Below are positions 10,317 to 23,400 of a stretch of 64,000 nucleotides of DNA, one piece after another. The notes below the pieces were generated by a model, which was not told the origin of the DNA, ran no database searches, and was given only the letters and a program-made list of their open reading frames with translations. The stretch comes from Azolla caroliniana (lineage: Eukaryota > Plantae > Polypodiophyta): assembly GCA_043228905.1 (NCBI GenBank), contig JBHGNT010000002.1, positions 3,658,001-3,722,000 on the forward strand, in the 5' to 3' direction. Numbering within the stretch: the stretch's first letter is position 1; each line of letters starts with the position of its first letter. The translations under genes were made by a program, and so were the position numbers.

Positions 10317-13300
10317 CTACCCAGTTACCGGCTTGCCGTCTCCTCCGTCTTGGTGGTTGCCGTTTCCCTCACAGGTTGTCGTTTCCGCACCGGTTCCCGA
10401 TCCGGTGTCAGTCCTTTGCTCAAATGGGTTCTTGGGCATCGGTCCTCTATATGGCTTCAATCTGAATCCGTTGACCCATTTGCCTAGCACTTCGCCGGCA
10501 AGTGTCCCTAACTGGTAGGACCCATTATACTTACGTGTCACCCAATACGGGCCGGTCCATCTAAACCGTAGTTTACCCGGCATCTTGCCCATCCGGGTCT
10601 AAAATACTAAAACCGGCTTGCCGATTTCGAACATTTTTTCATTTCCTTTCCGGTGCCAGTCGACAAATGCTTTCCGTCGCCGTTGTTCCAATTCTAAGTG
10701 CAGGATGCTTGCCAGTCGTTGTTCCTCGAGTTCACACAACGTTGTTAACCGTATTGCCTCCGACTCCTTCTCATTCAGCCGTTCTCGTAGCTGGATCCGT
10801 AAGCTTGGTACTTGGAATTCCACCGGCATGACCGCCTCTAGTCCGAACGCTAACCGGAACGGTGTTGTTCGGATGCTCGTTTTGTATGTTGTCCGGTATG
10901 CCCAAAGTGCGCTATGTAGCTTGGTATCCCAATCCGTTCGGTTTTCGTTGACGATCTTCCGGAGGATATTCTGGAGCGTTTTGTTCGTCGACTCAGATAA
11001 CCCGTTTGCTTGCGAATAGTACGGTGTGCTCCGTTTATGGACAACGGCATAGAATGTCGTCAAGCTTTCCACTACTTGGCTGAGAAAGTGCCCCCCTTGG
11101 TCGCTTATTAATTCGATTAGGCATCCATAACGGCACCAGATGTATTCGTATAAAACTTTTGTCGTTGACGCAGCGGTGTTGTCTCTTAAGGCTTTGGCCT
11201 CCAACCATTTCGTGTAGTAATCCGTCGCGACGATGACGTACCGATTACCTGTTCTCATTGCTGGTGGTTTGAACGGTCCAACAAAGTCCAGCCCCCACTT
11301 CTGGAATGGTTTGAGTGGTAGTACAGGCTGGTGTGGCATCCAAGCTTGCTCCGTTGGCTGGCCCATTCACTGGCATAGGTCACATTCTTTTGCGTACCGT
11401 ACAACATCTCTTAATGTAGTTGGCCAACATAGGCCACTTTGCCATATTTTCCTGGCCGTCACATCTCCAGCATAGTGACCTCCGGCAACTCCACAGTGGG
11501 CTTCCCTCAATATGAGGTCCTTTTTCATCGCTGCGCACAACCCGTCTCCATATGTCGTCCATGCCGTTGTGGTAAAGTGTGTCTCGCAGTAAGCAGAAAT
11601 GTCGGCTTTACACCGCTAGGCGTTTCCTTTCGTCCCGGTTCATCTCCTCCGGAGGCAGTCCTGTGCTCAAAAACTGGTGCATATTTGTGAGCCACTTGTC
11701 TTCCTGTGCCACCGTTTAATCTGCTGTCGTTTCCGTAGTGACTCGAAACAACTCCGCATCCGTAAACTCATCCGCTACTCCGTCGCCCATCTCTCCGGAC
11801 TCTAATCGGCTTAAATAATCCGCTACGGCATGCTGTATACCGGGTCGGTGGAATATTTCGAACTCGAATTCTTGAAACAGTAAGGTCCACCGAGCCAACT
11901 TACCAGTGAGTGACGCCTTGGACACCAGGTAGACGAGTGCCGAATGATCTATATGGAAGGAAAACTTCCTTCCCAATAAATAATGCCGAAACTTTGTCAC
12001 ACTGTAGATCATCCCTAGAGCTTCCCGTTCCGTGGTAGAGTAGTTCCGTTCCACTTGGGATAGCTTTCGGCTGGCATAGTACACTGGCCGGTACCACTTT
12101 GGCTCCGTAAGCTGCATCAGTGCGCTTCCGATTGCAATGTCGGAGGCGTCCACGAACACATGAAATTCTTTACTCCAATCCGGAGGCTGCACTACCGGTG
12201 CTTGCGACCATAGTACCTTGAGGGCCCTATACGCCCTATCCTCGGTGTCGGTCCACTGGAATGGTGTTCGATGTACCGCGGCATGCAACGGTGTAGCCAG
12301 GTTGGCCAAGTATCGGAGCATCCGGCTGTGCCACCGGATCTGGCCTAAGAACCGGCTCAATGCCTTTGCCGTTGCCGGCGCCTGTTCTTCTAATATGGCT
12401 CTCACTTTGTCCGAGTCGACTGCAATGCCTTCCTTGCTCACAATATGTCCTAGTAGAGTTCCACTGGACACGCCAAATACACACTTCGCCGGATTCAAGC
12501 TTAGCCGGTAAGCTCTACACTTTTCTAGACAAAGACGGAGGTGCTGCAAATGATCCTCTTCCCGGCTATAGACGGCGAAATCGTCAAGGAAAACCTGCAT
12601 AAAAGCCGGGATATATTCACCAAAGATTTCCATGATGATTCGTTGGAATATTGCCGATGCCGTTTTGAGTCCGAACATCATCACCACGGCCACAAACACC
12701 CCCCATTCGGTGACGAAAGCCGTTTTCTCTTGGTCGTCGGGGTGCATCCGGATCTGATTATACCCGCTGAATCCGTCTAGAAAGCTATAGACCTCATGGC
12801 CGGCGACGGCATCCAACAATCCATCTGTGAACGGAAGTGGAAACGCATCCGTTACCGTAGCCGCATTGAGTTTCCGGTAGTCCACACACACTCGAATTTT
12901 TCCGTTCTTCTTCGGTACGACTACAATCGGGCTCAGCGATATCGCTTTCTTTACCGGACGTATAAAGCCAACTCTTAGCAGTTTGTCGATTTCCTCCTTG
13001 ACTTTGGCGGCATAATTGGGATTCATCCGGTACCGTCTTTGTGCCACTGGTTTTGCGTCCTTGCTCAAGTGAATCTGATGTTGGTATAACTGAGGGTCGA
13101 GCCCTCGCATGTCTTCGTATGACTAGGCAAACACGTCACGAAATTCCGTGAGAAGTGTGATCATCGTCATTTTGTCTTCGGACTTCATCTCCTTGGCGAT
13201 GTGCACCGATTTTGCTTCGTCCATGGTCCCTAGGTTCACCTCTTCAAGTTGCGACGCTTTTACGCGCTGTGAAACGACCATTTCCCGTTCCAACGCTTCC

Positions 13301-16104
13301 TGCGCTTGCCGTAACTCTTGGATTGCGTCCTTATCCGGTTCTGCTTCAGTCTCTTCCGGCTGTGGTAAGTATGGTGCTACTGCTTCGGCAATGTCAATTT
13401 CGAAGAGGGGCACGATCTTCGGGTTTTCCTACAAGTATTGAGCTTCTTCTTCATCAGCTAACCCTTCTAGCATGTTGATGCACTCTGCATACAACGGTGT
13501 ACATTCCTTGCCAGTGCTCGTCCTTGGCTGTGTTGGTACACGTACCTTGGCTTTTCCTCGCCGGAAGGTAATTATATGTTTCCTCCAATTCTGTTTGATA
13601 TGTGCCGTTTTCAACCACGGACGCCCCAGGAATAGCAGGTATGCGCCTTGTGCCTGTAATTGTAGCACTACTGCCGAGATGTGAAATGTATGACCGCCAA
13701 TGGTGACTTCTAATTTTCGTATTAATCCTGTCGGCCGCACTAAGCTTGTATCGGCCATCCGTAACCAGAACGGACACGGCTCCCACTCGTGGATTCCCAG
13801 GGCATCACACGTCCGGAGGCTTATTACATTCACACCGGAGCCTCCGTCTTTTACTGTGTCGGGGAATTCTTTCCCTTTTACAATGGCAGTAATTACCAGA
13901 CTGTTGGTGTCCACCACCGTTGGTCCCTCCTCCGGATTCGAGAAGAGTACCGGTGCCGGTGATGATTCTCCTTCCGTCATGGCTGTCTTCAGTCCTTCCG
14001 TGAATCTCGGCACGAGTTGTAGGAGTCTTCCTAGTGGCAGCGTAACCTAGCATTCTTGCAATGCCTACCATGTCTCGTTCTCGGAGTGACTGCCGCCGGC
14101 AAGCCCTACGGTGTTCTCCTTTTGCCACTCTAAGTCTGTTACATTTTGCTCGTTTGCTTTCTTCACCCATTTCGTCGCTTGCTTCCGGATGGTCTCCTCC
14201 GTCTCCCATTCCTTGGCCATGCCCTACGACCTTGTGGTCACCTGCTGCAGATCTACCACTTCAGGGTCTACCATATTTACTGTCGGTCGTTTGTCATAGC
14301 TCTTCGCCGGGCATTGATTACAATAATGGCCTTCCTGTCGGCAGTAGTAGCAGTAGGCTTTCAGGGTATTGCTGGATTTGGCATTGTTTGTTGTACCCGA
14401 GGCAGGTCCTGTGGTAAGCGCGGGGTTTTGGGCCGGTTGGCTGCTTGAAGCTCCTTGTTCCGGATCCCGTGGGTGGCCGCCTTTTTTGAAATGCCATTTT
14501 TTGTTATAGTTCTTCTTATTGTGGTACTCTTGATGAGGTTGGTCGTTATATCTGTCGTATTCCTCCCGTTGCTGACGATACCCAGGGGAGTGCTCCCGGT
14601 TGTAATGTTCGTATCGTCTATTGTAATCCCGGTACCGATCATATCTATCGTACCAGTCATAGTTATCCCGCCGATCACCGTAGCGAACATCATTCTCCCG
14701 TCGATCGCCATACCGGACATCCTGTGCCGGTCGGTATCGGTCCATTTGCCGCCAGCGTTCCTCTTCTTCATCCCGGTTGTTGCGTGGCTCTATTTATCGG
14801 ACGGGCGGTGCTTGCCGGTTCAATAGATTATACTCGCACCTATCCGTCGTATAGCCCTTGGATTGAAAGATTACACATTGCGTCCTCATAGTGCATTCTA
14901 GTGCCGAGTGTCCGGAATTCAAGCCGGTTGTGCACTGTATTGCTTGCCGAAACCGGAGGTCTTCATCGAATGGTAACGCTTGTTGGACTGCTCCCAGTGT
15001 GAGCCAGGAGCTTGTCTTTTCCATCTCTCTCACCCGGTCAATGACCTGGTCGATGGTACTTGCGCGGAAGTCAATTACCGTGCAAACCGTGCGTAGGGGT
15101 TCCCGGAGCGCATTTAGGAATATAGTCCGTAATTCCTCCTTCGGGGGTGCGCGGGCAAGCTGACTATGCATCCGTTGAAACCGGATGACAAACTGGGGAA
15201 TGCTCTCCCCTTCCTCCTGTCGGATGGTATAAAACAAGCCCACCATTATTGTCTGGTCCACCTCCTTGTGGAAAAAATGCAAGAATTTAGCTTTTAAATC
15301 TGTGAAGGTGGTGATGGTAGACGGGTTCTGCGTCCGGTGCCATCTTGCTGCCGGTCCCTCCAATGTGACGCCAAATTCCGCTATCTTAGAGCGTTCCTCT
15401 TCCTCCGGGGTCAATCGCTGGGACACATGGTTTGCTTCCCATGTCTGTTCAAAGGCGTGAACATTAGCTTCCGCGTCTGGATCATCTCTATACTTGGAGT
15501 ACTGGAACGGCATGTCGTCGTCCGGTATTGGTGCGCGGGCTAGTGGTGTTGGTGGTCGTTCCTGGTTTTTCTCCGGCGTCGGTGGTCGTTCCTGATTTGT
15601 CTCCGGCATCGGTGGTCTTTCCTCTTCTTTTGGTGACGGAGGCCTCTCCTCCTCGACTTCCGGTGTCGGAGGTCGCTCTTCCTCTGCTTCTGGTTCCGGA
15701 GGTTCCAGCCTTAGCACTTCCGGTTCCGGTGTCAGTAAGGTGTTAGATCCTTCGTCCTCCGGTCCGCCCGGGGTGTCATTGCTGCTACGGTAGTTCGTGT
15801 GCACGTTGTCTCCCCCTTCGGAATCCGATTCATACGCTGAAAAGGCTTCTGCTTTGCCTTCTCCGCTTGCCAACGCCTGGAGAAGGGATTCGGTTTCCCA
15901 GAGGCTGCTTAGGCTGCTGCCGTCGTCCGGGTGCGATGTTTGCTGTAACCAGAGGGACTCCTCCGCTACTCTCCGGATTACGTTGGAAAACGAGCGATCC
16001 ACTCTAATTTCCTGCGCCGCTTGCTGGAAAGCCTCATGTCTCCTTTGCCTTTCGGCAAGGCGTCGAGTTCGATCTGTAACCAAGTCGTGCGTTGATCTAG
16101 TCAT
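10317..16104 (-). pseudogene. gag-pol polyprotein of element D with in-frame stops and a frameshift
   Basis: Fragments starting 16191, 14745, 14013, 13413 and 13110 are in one frame. Zinc knuckle CYYCRQEGHYCNQC, PR DGGSGVN, RT LDGFSGYNQI/FLDD, RH VDASD...TTERE, INT WGLDFVGP/SDQG and WTGPY. Confidence 0.93.
15545..15690 (-). repeat. Coding minisatellite in element D gag (about 5 x ERPP[T/S/M]P units of 27-30 bp)
   Basis: EEERPPTPE VEEERPPSPK EEERPPMPE TNQERPPTPE KNQERPPTP in ORF 14794-16191. Confidence 0.85.
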
Positions 16105-16139
16105 CCATTCATGTCGTCTTTCGCTGCAAAAACAGGAAT

Positions 16140-16157
16140 CGTGGTTGCCAAAAACTG
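16140..16157 (-). other. Canonical-position PBS of element D
   Basis: CAGTTTT-TGGCAACCACG follows the 5' LTR; the T-rich spacer before TGGC resembles Athila/Tat PBS regions. tRNA identity uncertain (possibly Arg-TCG, TGGCGACCAC). Confidence 0.6.
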
Positions 16158-16591
16158 TGTTAACTCTTAGGGCCGGACAATGGCCTAACACAGGGTGTCT
16201 ACGGAAGACACTTCACCAAAGGGGTGTTACGGCAAGAGGATTAGGCTCAACGATTAATCCGACTTAATTAGGTTACTTAGCAAGAGCGTCCTTAATAATC
16301 ACACGCGTAAGATATAACAATGAATGCAGAACAACAATTAACACAGAGAGATAAAACACTAAGCTTCATTAATTATCCGCTCCACATTACATTGTATCCG
16401 GGCCTTTAAATAGGTTTCCGGTTGGTAGTACAAAACGGTGCCATCCGCACCTGTTCGGAATCAGTCCAGATCCGGAACGACATACCGATTACAGTCCGTC
16501 CGTCCACACTAATAGCTCACTTACAACCATTCCTTAATAATTAAATAACTCCTTCGTTTCACACTCTGGACTCCTTTGTCGGCCGGTAACA
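16158..16591 (-). repeat. 5' LTR of element D
   Basis: Direct repeat of 7114-7547, flanked by TSD ATGGA. Confidence 0.96.
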
Positions 16592-18856
16592 ATGGATGAA
16601 CGGGGATGCCGAAGGTTTGTAGTCAACCATATCCGTGATTGTGAGAAAGTGTTACGGAAGTTAGAAGATGTGCATCTAACACTTTCCAGAGAGAAATCGG
16701 CATTCGGACAAGAAGAAATATTGGTAGTCGGACATCTATGTGGGCCCTACAGCCGAAGACCATCACCAACCAAGATCGATGCGATTCAAGCTATGAAAGA
16801 AGTATGTGAGTCACAATCCGAAGTTCGAAGGTTTCTTGGAGCATGTGCATTCTACCACATATGGATTCCGCACTATGCACATATAGCGGACCCACTCTAT
16901 CACTTGTTGCGGAAGGGTAAGAAGTTTGAATGGAAACCGGAGCATACCAAAGCTGTGAAGAAGCTCAAGAAATCACTACGGAGGGTAGAAGCACTAAAGA
17001 AGCCGAACTATGACCAACCGATCATAGTAACGGTTGACACAAGTCCAACCGGAATCGGATGGGTCATCAATCAAGTCGATCCGGAAGGTTCGCAATATCC
17101 GATCCGATTCGAAGCAAAGGTTCTCAACGAAAGGCAACGCGGATATGCACAAGTTAAAAGAGAATTATGGGGAGTCGTGTCGGCAATCAAATCGGATCGA
17201 GATTATTTGATCGGAGCCGAAGTAGTGATCGAAACGGATTGTCTTCCGATACTCGGGATGATGCGGTGTTGCACGATACCGGATGTGGCTATGCTAAGAT
17301 GGATTGCATATGTTAAGTCACTTAATCCGGAGGGAAGACACATCTCCGGAAAAGACAACGTTGTAGCGGATATGCTATCAAGGGCGCGGTTCGGAGATGA
17401 CATAACCGAATCCGATAATGAAGAAGTTTCCGAAGACTACATTGCGTCGGAGCACATATGTCGGGTGGACGTAATCCAAGAATTCTAGGAAGAAGAATAC
17501 GAGGGAGAAAGCTTGTTGATCGGGAAAATGCTACGAGAAATCGAGGAATCATCGGACAATAAAGAGAAGAGAGCCGAGATCCGAAGTAAGAAACGGCAAG
17601 TTCGAAAGTTCTTCTTGAAAAATGGATTTTTATGGAGGGAGCCGAAAAGACCAGGTGGCATACCACTTCGAGTAGTCGGGACAAAAGAGCAACGAAACCA
17701 GGTAATGTCTGAATTTCACGAATCTGATTGGGCTGGACATCGGGGAACATGGGGAACATTTGGGAAGATCAAGCAAAGATATTGGTGGAAGAATATGTAC
17801 AAAGATGTTGCGAAGTTCACGGAAAGTTGCGAGAAGTGTCAAATCTTCTCCGGAGTTCAACACCGAGATGAGTTACATCCGACATTCTCACTGACAATCA
17901 ACTTCAAATGGATGGTCGACATTGTAGCCATGCCAACCGGGATCGGACAAAAGAAGTACTTGGTGTTAGCTCAGGAAGATCTCACAAATCAAGTAGAAGG
18001 TCGGGCGCTACGAAGAAAAACGTGTTCTGCGGTATGTCAATTTCTTTTGGAAGAAGTGTTTTCCAGGTACGGGTGCGTAGGACAAGTGATTGCGGATCAG
18101 GGAGAACTTGACTCTGATAAAGCTAGGGGATTCTTCGGCAAACATGGAGTTCGGTTAACACTAACAACAGCATACAATCCGGAACCCAACGGGAAGGTCG
18201 AGCGAGGACATAGTCCGATCGTCAAAGCACTTGCCAAAGCATGCGACGGAAGGGTGATGGATTGGCCGCAGATGCTCTTGTATGCACTATGGGCGGATTG
18301 GACAATGCATAGCTCCGTAACCGGTTATATGCCGGCAGAACTTATGACCGGACAAGCACCGGTAATGCTGACAGAAACCGCAATCGCAACATGGACAATG
18401 CTAACATGGAAGGAAGAGATGAGTTGGGAAGAACTACTAGCGGTCTGGATACGACAACTGGAGGGAAGACCGGAAGATGTCGCGGAAGTGTCACGCCGAC
18501 AACAAGAAGCGCGACTCCAGAACAAAAGCCGGTTCGACACCAAGCACCGACTACGACCACGGAAGATTGAAGAAGGAGATTGGGTGATTGTCTATGACAG
18601 TAGTTTGGATCATCAACAAACAACGGTACAGAAGTTCGCAAAAAGGTGGTTCGGTCCATATGAGGTTCGGAAAGTTTTCGACAACGGAACTTACCGACTA
18701 TGCGAGTTGGATGGAACGATGCTACGAGTGCCTATAGCCGGGAAATGGGTGAAGATTTTCAAGAAGCGGACTAAAGAAGAACCCTATGTGATCCTAGACA
18801 AGACCGACAAGAAGGAGCAATCGGACGAAGATCGCAGTGATGCGGAAAGCGAGTAA
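16592..18856 (+). pseudogene. Element B pol, 3' part (RT C-terminus, RNaseH, integrase)
   Basis: ORFs 16592-17488 and 17513-18856 are in one frame with a TAG between them; colinear with element A pol. Confidence 0.92.
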
Positions 18857-18978
18857 AGTGGATTACAACTCATAGTTGACTTAAGGGGAGAATTGGAGGA
18901 AGCTTCGGATGAAGGTGAACAGCAAGCATCGGGGACTTCGGCACATACCGGAGGATGTGCAGGTTCGGAGGGGGCGAG

Positions 18979-19882
18979 TGTCGTAGTGTAATTCGCACAC
19001 TACGTGAAAAATTACATTTTTGGTTTCTCCGGATAGGATATGGAGTACCCAGTGAGAACTGGAAGGAAGAACCGGTGAGGACCGAAACCGGTAAGGAGAC
19101 CGGCAAGAGCCAGATGAAGAAGGCCGGTGAGAGTCGGTGAGAAACGGACAAAGAGGACCGGTAAGGAGGATCCGGTAAGAACCGAATACCGAGAACCAGC
19201 GAGAACCAGCGAGAACCAGATGAATCAGAACCGGCAAGAGCCGAATGAAGAAGGCCGGTGAGAGTCTCTCACCAGATGAAGAGACATATTTGTAAATAGA
19301 AGAAAGTATAAACTTATATATTACATGCATAGGGCAAGATTCGAACCTTGCACCTCCATGTTAATAATGTTAAGCCTTATCATTATACTAACGTATTATG
19401 AATTTTAAAGTTATACTAAACTTTATCCCATGTAAAATTTCTAGACATGCATGGTACAAAAAGTTATTCATGCATAGACACTCGAGTAAAAAGAAAAGAT
19501 GAGATAGAAAGCTAATCATGCACATGCAGTGTGCATGAAAACTAAAGATGGGAAAAGCATGATGCTTGCATGTGATAAACTTAGGCTCTTCCAACACTAT
19601 ATAAGGAAGAGAGAAAGATGTATAGAGGTTGTTGATTATTTTACAAGGGTTGATTAATATAATATAATCGTGGGATCCACGAGTTTACTAACTATTTTTC
19701 TCTCTTAATTTGAGTACTCACTAATACACTATACTCGTGGGATTCACGAGTTTTTTCATATCTTTCTTTCTTACAATATATTTCATATTCTTAATTGCCT
19801 TAGAATTTTCTTTCTTCCTAGTCCAAAACCCCAACGGTTCTCACCCGACTCACGCAACGATCCGGAGCCGTAAGGCACGACA
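18979..19882 (+). repeat. 3' LTR of element B (904 bp)
   Basis: TGTCGTAGTG...GGCACGACA; homologous to inverted copies at 25450-26355 and 26459-27311; TATATAAGG near 19598. Confidence 0.92.
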
Positions 19883-20477
19883 CCGTGTACATAGATGCCC
19901 CATCCGGACCGATTCGTGCTTGTTTTGCACCGAGAGGTTTCTTCCTATGTGGGGTATTAGGGCTTCTCGGACTATCACTTCCCCACTCCGCAATAGTCCG
20001 CTCTAAAAATCCATCCTTGTTTGGGACAAGAGCTCCCTCTTGTTCCTTTCATGATTTGCCGGCACAGTTAGGAATTCGTGCGAAAGCCGCATCGCTATCG
20101 AGCACCTTTGTCTCCATCCGTGAAGCCGTGATAAAGGGTTGCCCGAGGATCACGGAATGTGAGACCTCGTCTTGTACGAAGAAATTTTGGTCGATCTCGA
20201 CATACCCGATCTTCATTGTCACATCCGAACAAGCCGCAAATAGATCTTCCGTTGCTTTAGTGGCTACTCGGATCTTCCATCCATGGTTAGTGTTTATAGG
20301 CCACTTCCCCTTCCGGTAGAACTCCTTGGACATCAAATTGATCTCCGATCCGTGATCAATCAATGCTAGCACGGGCTCTTTGATGTTGCCGATTCGGACC
20401 AGAGTCTCCGTAGTTGCACGTGCCCAGTGTGACCTTGTGTAGTGGGAGTTTGGAATTTCGTCCTCCACTTTGGTGTC

Positions 20478-23400
20478 TTTCGAAGAGGAGAAAATGCGTC
20501 AGGCCTGACGCCTAAATGTGCGTGTCACTGGGCTCAAGGAAGGTGCATCCCCGGACGAGGATGCACAAACACTCGGGAAAATGTTAGGGTACACAACGAC
20601 CCTACCTATCACCAAAGCTTGGAGGGCCGGACGCAGCAAAACTAGGAAGGGAGCCTTAGTTCTTCAATTTAAAGACTTAGACTCTAGAATCACTTTCTTT
20701 AAGAAGAGACCAATTCTTCGAGGATTGGGTGGGGACCCTATCTATCTCGATGAAGACCTCACCAAGATGCAAATTGAGCATCGCAAGAGTTGTATGCCAA
20801 AGGTTATGCAAGCTCGCAAAGACGGGCATCGCGCATTTTATCGAGACGGGCGAGTGATCATAAATGATCGCACTACTAATTGACGGCGTGTGGCCCATGT
20901 GACAGAAAACACACTTAGGATGACCTTATGGAATCAAATATACCCCGGCCTCCTAGAGGGGATATTAAAGGAATCAGATATAGTTTCCCTAGTAGAAACA
21001 CACCAAAGCCCAAATAGGGGACTCCCACGAGTCGAAGGATTTCGTTGGGAGTCTGCTTTTAGACAAACCTCACGTCGATGCACTACCAGGGGATCTGGAG
21101 GTGTCGCAATATTGTTTCGGAGGGAGCTACATAATAGGATAGAAATACTGAGCACAGACCCAGAAGCTCGTTTTATGTGGGTGAAAGTCTCCACAAGCAA
21201 GGACAAGGCAGTAATTTTCACCATTTGTTACTTCCCCCCGAAAGGCTCTCATTATAATTTGGCTGGCGAGGCGAGATTAGTTGATGAAGGAGTGCCACAT
21301 GGGCCTTCCCCATATGAACCTCTATCGGATGACATAATCCGATATTCTTCCCAAGGCGAAGTATTCCTTGTAGGAGACTTTAATGCGAGAACCCAATCCT
21401 GACAATGCACAATATTTCAAATGAATAGAAACCTAAAAATGGTAAATGTCGATCCTTCAGACATAGACACCACACGTAGATCAAAGGATCAAGGTGCAGA
21501 CGCCACGAGCTTTGGCCATCATTTGCTCGAACTCGGTAGTCGGCACCAGATGGTCATATATAATGGTTTAGCCAAGTGGCCAGGTTCAGAAGAGCTCACA
21601 TGTTTCCCACATGGAGGAGGGGAAAGCACAGTCGATTATCTAATAGGACGCCCTGAAGCTACCCACATGATTAACTCCTTCCGAGTGGCCCCATGTCCTA
21701 TTGGCGCGGACCATAGTTTCTTATACTTCGAGATAAAATGCGATATCTCTAACGTCACCAACTCTAGTCAACCACGCCATGACATCACAATACATTTCAC
21801 ACATGAGCTCTCTGACATATATGCTCGACATGTTCAAGCCCATCTCTCCTCCCTTGATCCCTCCCTACCTTTAGAGAGCCTTAGTACGAAACTCACACAC
21901 ATCCTTCATTCTGCAGCAGTTAGCAGCTTCCCATACACGAAACACTCCAATCAAGGTAAAGTAGGATCTATGCCACAAAATAGATGGTATGATGAGGATT
22001 GTAGGTGCTTACATCGACAACTTACAATATCGCAACTCAGTGGTAGTATTACCTCAGTACAAGCTCGTAAAGAAATGTGCAAGATGACACGTCGTAAGAG
22101 ACAAGCATGGGAGGCATCCCAATATTGGGAACTCTACCACATGCTCATGAGTAGCGATTGTGCCACTGCATGGAAGAGATTACGGGAACCAAGACCACAA
22201 ACACCCATCGAAGATCCCGAAACTTGGCACACTTATACAGAGAGACTTTACCACATCCCAAACCAACCACCCATTCCAATGCCTTCCACACCCCGACCTA
22301 TTGTGGGGACACTCTTCACGACCTCTAGGGTCACGAAGGTCATAAAGAAATTACAACATAGGAAGTCCATGGACCACACACGATTGCGAGCAGAACACAT
22401 CATATACGTGAGAGAGTGCCTAGCTCCGTTGTTAACTCTAATCTTCAATCGTGCCCTTGCAGAGGGTTTTCCATCACAATGGACCATGAACACAGTGGCC
22501 CCCATACATAAGGGGGGGGACCCCATGGACCCAAATACTTATAGGACCATTATGATAGGTCATACCCTTGCTAAATTATATGGTGCAGTAATGGAGGCAG
22601 AGCTTAGCGAGTATATGGAGACCTTAAATCTTCGTGCACATGATCAGGCTGGCTTTAGACGAGCCTTCTCCACTATTGACCATATCTTCACACTTAGATG
22701 CTTAATTGACCAGACTAAGGCTCGCAAGAAGAAACTATATTGTTGTTTTGTGGACTTCCGCAAAGCCTTTGACACGGTCCCTAGAGAGCGGTTGTTTGAT
22801 AGGCTTAAGAGCTTGAGGATACCAGATGACATGGTTTGGGCCATCTACGCACTATATGAACAAGTGTCCGGGTGTGTTCGATGCCCAGGCGGCATATCCG
22901 ATAGTTTCACTAGCACTATTGGTGTAAAACAAGGTTGCCCCTTATCTCCGACTCTTTTTGGGATCTACATTGATGAGATCACAAATTTTATTGCTCGTAA
23001 GGGAGGCAATGGAGTAGTCCTTGGGGATACGCAGGTGCGTATCTTGCTCTATGCAGAAGACATAGTTTTGCTCTCTGAATCCGAACACGACCTACAAAGG
23101 CACCTTAATACCTTAGATGACTTTTGCACACAACGAGGATTGGTAGTGAATCTAGGGAAAACTAAAGTCCTTATCTTCCACACGTCGGCCCAAGTTAGAG
23201 CTAAGTGTCACCTAACTATCTCCCATAGCCCAGTTGAGGTGGTTGGATCATATGTCTATCTCGGAGTCACTTTCAGTGCCCGATCAGGTAAATTTTCGAT
23301 GACACAAGCAGCGAAGGATAGACTTACAAGAGGACATGCATCCCTCTCACTCCTCGAGAGACAATGCCACCAAGCATACTTCCAAGAGCCACGAACTAAA

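Larger units (their letters stand above)
7114..16591 (-). mobile_element. Complete non-chromovirus Ty3/Gypsy element D (Athila/Tat/Phygy-like) with an extra 3' ORF
   Basis: Two 434-bp direct LTRs (TGTTA...TAACA), 5-bp TSD ATGGA at 7109-7113 and 16592-16596, gag-PR-RT-RH-INT on the minus strand. Confidence 0.96.
5752..19882 (+). mobile_element. Ty3/Gypsy element B (same lineage as A), interrupted by A and D, itself inserted into C
   Basis: Protease C-terminus 5752-5910; pol halves 5901-7113 and 16592-18856 join across the ATGGA duplication (KDEAMD|ERGCRRF); PPT GGAGGGGGCGAG at 18967-18978; 3' LTR 18979-19882. Confidence 0.92.

Noticed and set aside
7114-16591. Element D as an inversion of the coding region between plus-oriented LTRs
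   Set aside because: The LTR TATA-like motif is on the minus strand and there is no PPT before the right LTR on the plus strand either, so inversion does not restore a normal layout.
19060-19270. CRISPR-like or satellite-like short repeats
   Set aside because: Irregular sub-repeats inside an LTR, no unique spacers, eukaryotic context.
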